DNA of 64,000 nucleotides from an uncultured Actinomycetes bacterium (GTDB lineage Bacteria; Actinomycetota; Thermoleophilia; Gaiellales; Gaiellaceae): NCBI GenBank assembly GCA_963746445.1, contig CAVVAW010000008.1, positions 102,565 to 166,564 of the forward strand, read 5' to 3'. Shown piece by piece: positions 62,340 to 64,000 of this stretch (position 1 is its first letter; each line of letters starts with the position of its first letter). The notes under the pieces were generated by a model. It saw only the letters and a program-made list of their open reading frames with translations, ran no database searches and was not told where the DNA came from. The position numbers and the translations under genes were made by a program.

Positions 62340-62978
62340 TCAGACGAGGGGTACGAAGCGGCACGCGAGGGAGCCCGTCTCGACCGGCCCTGCCTCCCCG
62401 CGCTCGATCCGCACGAGCCGCTGCCCGCCGCTGCCACCGACCGGCAGCACGATCCGCCCGCCGTCGGCGAGCTGCTCGTAGAGCGCGGGCGGCACCTGCT
62501 CGGTCGCCGCAGCGACCGAGACGGCGTCGAACGGCCCGCGGTCTGGCGCGCCGAGGCTGCCGTCGCCGACTCGCACCTCGACGCCGCCGTGCCCGGTCAG
62601 CTCGAGCGCTCTCCGCGCGCGGGCGGCCAGCACGGGGATCCGCTCGATCGAGACGACCTGGCCGGCGAGCTCGTCGAGCACCGCCGCCGCGTAGCCGGAG
62701 CCGGTGCCGACGTCGAGGACGCGCTCGCCGCCCTCGAGCTCGAGGAGCTCGCACATCGTCGCGACGATGAACGGCTGGGAGATGGTCTGGTCCTCGCCGA
62801 TCGGGAGCGCCGCGTCGTCGTACGCGTACGGGGCGACCTCGACCGGGACGAACGCCTCACGGGGGACGCGCCCCATCGCGGCCAGCACGCGCTCGTCGGC
62901 GATCCCCCGGCCACGGAGCTGCCGCTCGACCATACGGGCTCTGAGCCCGCCCCAGTCCGGCTCGCGCCTGCCGATCAC
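62340..62978 (-). CDS. pcm: protein-L-isoaspartate O-methyltransferase
   Basis: 212-aa ORF: QTISQPFIVATM, VLDVGTGSGYAAAVL, GGRIVLPVG. Confidence 0.9.
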   Translation of the reverse strand: MIGRREPDWGGLRARMVERQLRGRGIADERVLAAMGRVPREAFVPVEVAPYAYDDAALPIGEDQTISQPFIVATMCELLELEGGERVLDVGTGSGYAAAVLDELAGQVVSIERIPVLAARARRALELTGHGGVEVRVGDGSLGAPDRGPFDAVSVAAATEQVPPALYEQLADGGRIVLPVGGSGGQRLVRIERGEAGPVETGSLACRFVPLV

Positions 62979-64000
62979 GCGGCGCGGCGCACCGCGTACG
63001 CCGGCGCGCCGACGCCGAAGTGCGCGAGCACGGCGGGCGCGACATCCACGACGCTCGTGGGCGTCGCCATCCCTTCGACGCCGACCGCGATGACCGGGAC
63101 GAGCGAGTCGCCCGCGACGAGCGACCCGTGGGAGCCGCCGCCCAGATGATGGCGGCCGCCGAGGTCTTCGAACTCCCAGCCCGGGGCGGCGGAGACGACC
63201 ACCTCGCCGGCGTTGGGGCAGCGAACCGCTGCCCTGGCCCGCGCGACGGCATCGGGCTGGTCGAGGATCGACGGGTCGCCCTCGAGCAGGCCTCCGTCGA
63301 GGATCCGCAGCTCCGAGCCGTCCCGGCGCGCGACGGTCGCCCCGTCCTCCGCGAACAGCACGACCTCGGCCGCCGGCTCGGCGTCGAGGCGCTCGGCCAA
63401 GCCCCGGGGGGACGGAGCCCCCGGCCCGGTCCGGTAGACGTGCGCGGCCCGGTTCGACGCCGCGACGAGCGTGTCCGGCTCGTTGAGGAAGCGATCGCCG
63501 AGCCGGGCGACCTGCGTGACCGCGGTCTGGCCATGGTCGGACATCACGATCACGGCATAGCGGGCGAGAAACTCGTCCATGCCGCCCGCAGCCCGGACGA
63601 GACCGCCGATGGCGTCGTCGCAGCGCTCGAGCACGGCCGCCGCGGCGTCCGGCCCTGCCGCGTGGGACGCGTAGTCGTAGTCCGAGAGGTAGAAGAGCAG
63701 AAAGTCGAATCCGTCGCGGTTGACGAGCCAGCGCCCGACGGCGGCGGCGTAGGAGTCGATGGAGCCGGCAGCGCGGTTTCGGAACGAGAGCGGCGCGCCG
63801 GTGCGCTCGCTCTGAAAGAGGTTGTAGAAGAAGAACCGCTCAGGGCCGAGCACCGGATCGAGGAACGGGACCGTCGGCCGATGGCGTGTCCTGCCCCGGT
63901 AGGCGGTGAAGTTGACGGCAGCTGTGCGAAGGCCTGCGTCGGCGAGCGCCTCGAAGAGCGTCACCGCGCCGCGGCCGAGATGGTCGCTGTTCATCCCGAC
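62975..64000 (-). CDS. alkaline-phosphatase-superfamily phosphodiesterase/nucleotide pyrophosphatase (N-terminus off window)
   Basis: ORF 62975..63994 remains open to position 64000. MSDHGQT and GSHGSL are typical of type I phosphodiesterase/NPP. The expected N-terminal catalytic Thr/Ser region is missing, so the gene is partial. Confidence 0.7.
   Translation of the reverse strand, partial: VGMNSDHLGRGAVTLFEALADAGLRTAAVNFTAYRGRTRHRPTVPFLDPVLGPERFFFYNLFQSERTGAPLSFRNRAAGSIDSYAAAVGRWLVNRDGFDFLLFYLSDYDYASHAAGPDAAAAVLERCDDAIGGLVRAAGGMDEFLARYAVIVMSDHGQTAVTQVARLGDRFLNEPDTLVAASNRAAHVYRTGPGAPSPRGLAERLDAEPAAEVVLFAEDGATVARRDGSELRILDGGLLEGDPSILDQPDAVARARAAVRCPNAGEVVVSAAPGWEFEDLGGRHHLGGGSHGSLVAGDSLVPVIAVGVEGMATPTSVVDVAPAVLAHFGVGAPAYAVRRAA

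Noticed and set aside
1-64000. Checked for CRISPR arrays, tandem repeats, transposases or integrases, rRNA/tRNA genes, toxin-antitoxin pairs and known defence-system hallmarks.
   Set aside because: No periodic repeat-spacer pattern, no DDE, tyrosine or serine recombinase motifs and no structured RNA gene candidates were found by eye. Apart from the 2-3 palindromic elements and one inverted-repeat pair reported above, I saw no repeat families.

Overview
Very GC-rich (by eye well above 70% G+C), gene-dense chromosomal segment that looks like an Actinomycetota-type genome. About 60 genes are credible once the many long Arg/Ala/Pro-rich shadow ORFs typical of high-GC DNA are discarded. In the ORF track M often stands for GTG or TTG, and I trimmed many starts to internal GTG/ATG codons that overlap the upstream stop (GTGA/ATGA).

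Layout:
- hemE (partial).
- A cell-envelope glycan locus of about 26 kb: ABC-2 exporter permease, WecA-type initiating transferase fusion, six GT4 genes (one frame-disrupted), three GT2 genes, three large GT-C-fold membrane proteins, three SAM methyltransferases, a NUDIX hydrolase, gmd/fcl for GDP-fucose, a frame-disrupted MurJ/Wzx-type flippase, DUF2304 and a CgeB-like protein.
- A 5.5 kb thiazole/oxazole-modified peptide (TOMM/LAP, streptolysin-S-like logic) RiPP operon. Its 51-aa Cys-rich precursor is hidden at the end of a shadow ORF.
- Fe-alcohol dehydrogenase plus a LysR regulator.
- A second sugar-nucleotide block: DUF354, metallophosphoesterase, CapD/PglF-like dehydratase, DegT aminotransferase.
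- DedA and a phosphodiester glycosidase.
- Futalosine-route menaquinone genes: mqnA, an MqnC/E-family radical SAM, polyprenyl synthase, menG, a UbiD-type decarboxylase.
- A split Bacillus-type cytochrome bc complex (qcrABC).
- hemL and hemB.
- AI-2E transporter and YmdB.
- Two GT87/DUF2029-like membrane proteins plus GtrA.
- pcm.
- An AP-superfamily phosphodiesterase (partial).

I saw no rRNA, tRNA, CRISPR array, transposase or integrase.

Most notable observations:
- the TOMM operon and its precursor;
- a CPBP protease and an ABC ATPase in one uninterrupted frame;
- a 24-bp palindromic element present in 2 to 3 copies around mqnA and dedA;
- a 16-bp perfect inverted repeat that exactly brackets the intergenic region upstream of ymdB;
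- two genes whose only plausible starts are ATA/ATT overlapping a TAG stop;
- two frame-disrupted glycan genes.

All functional calls come from my own reading of motifs. No database search was run.
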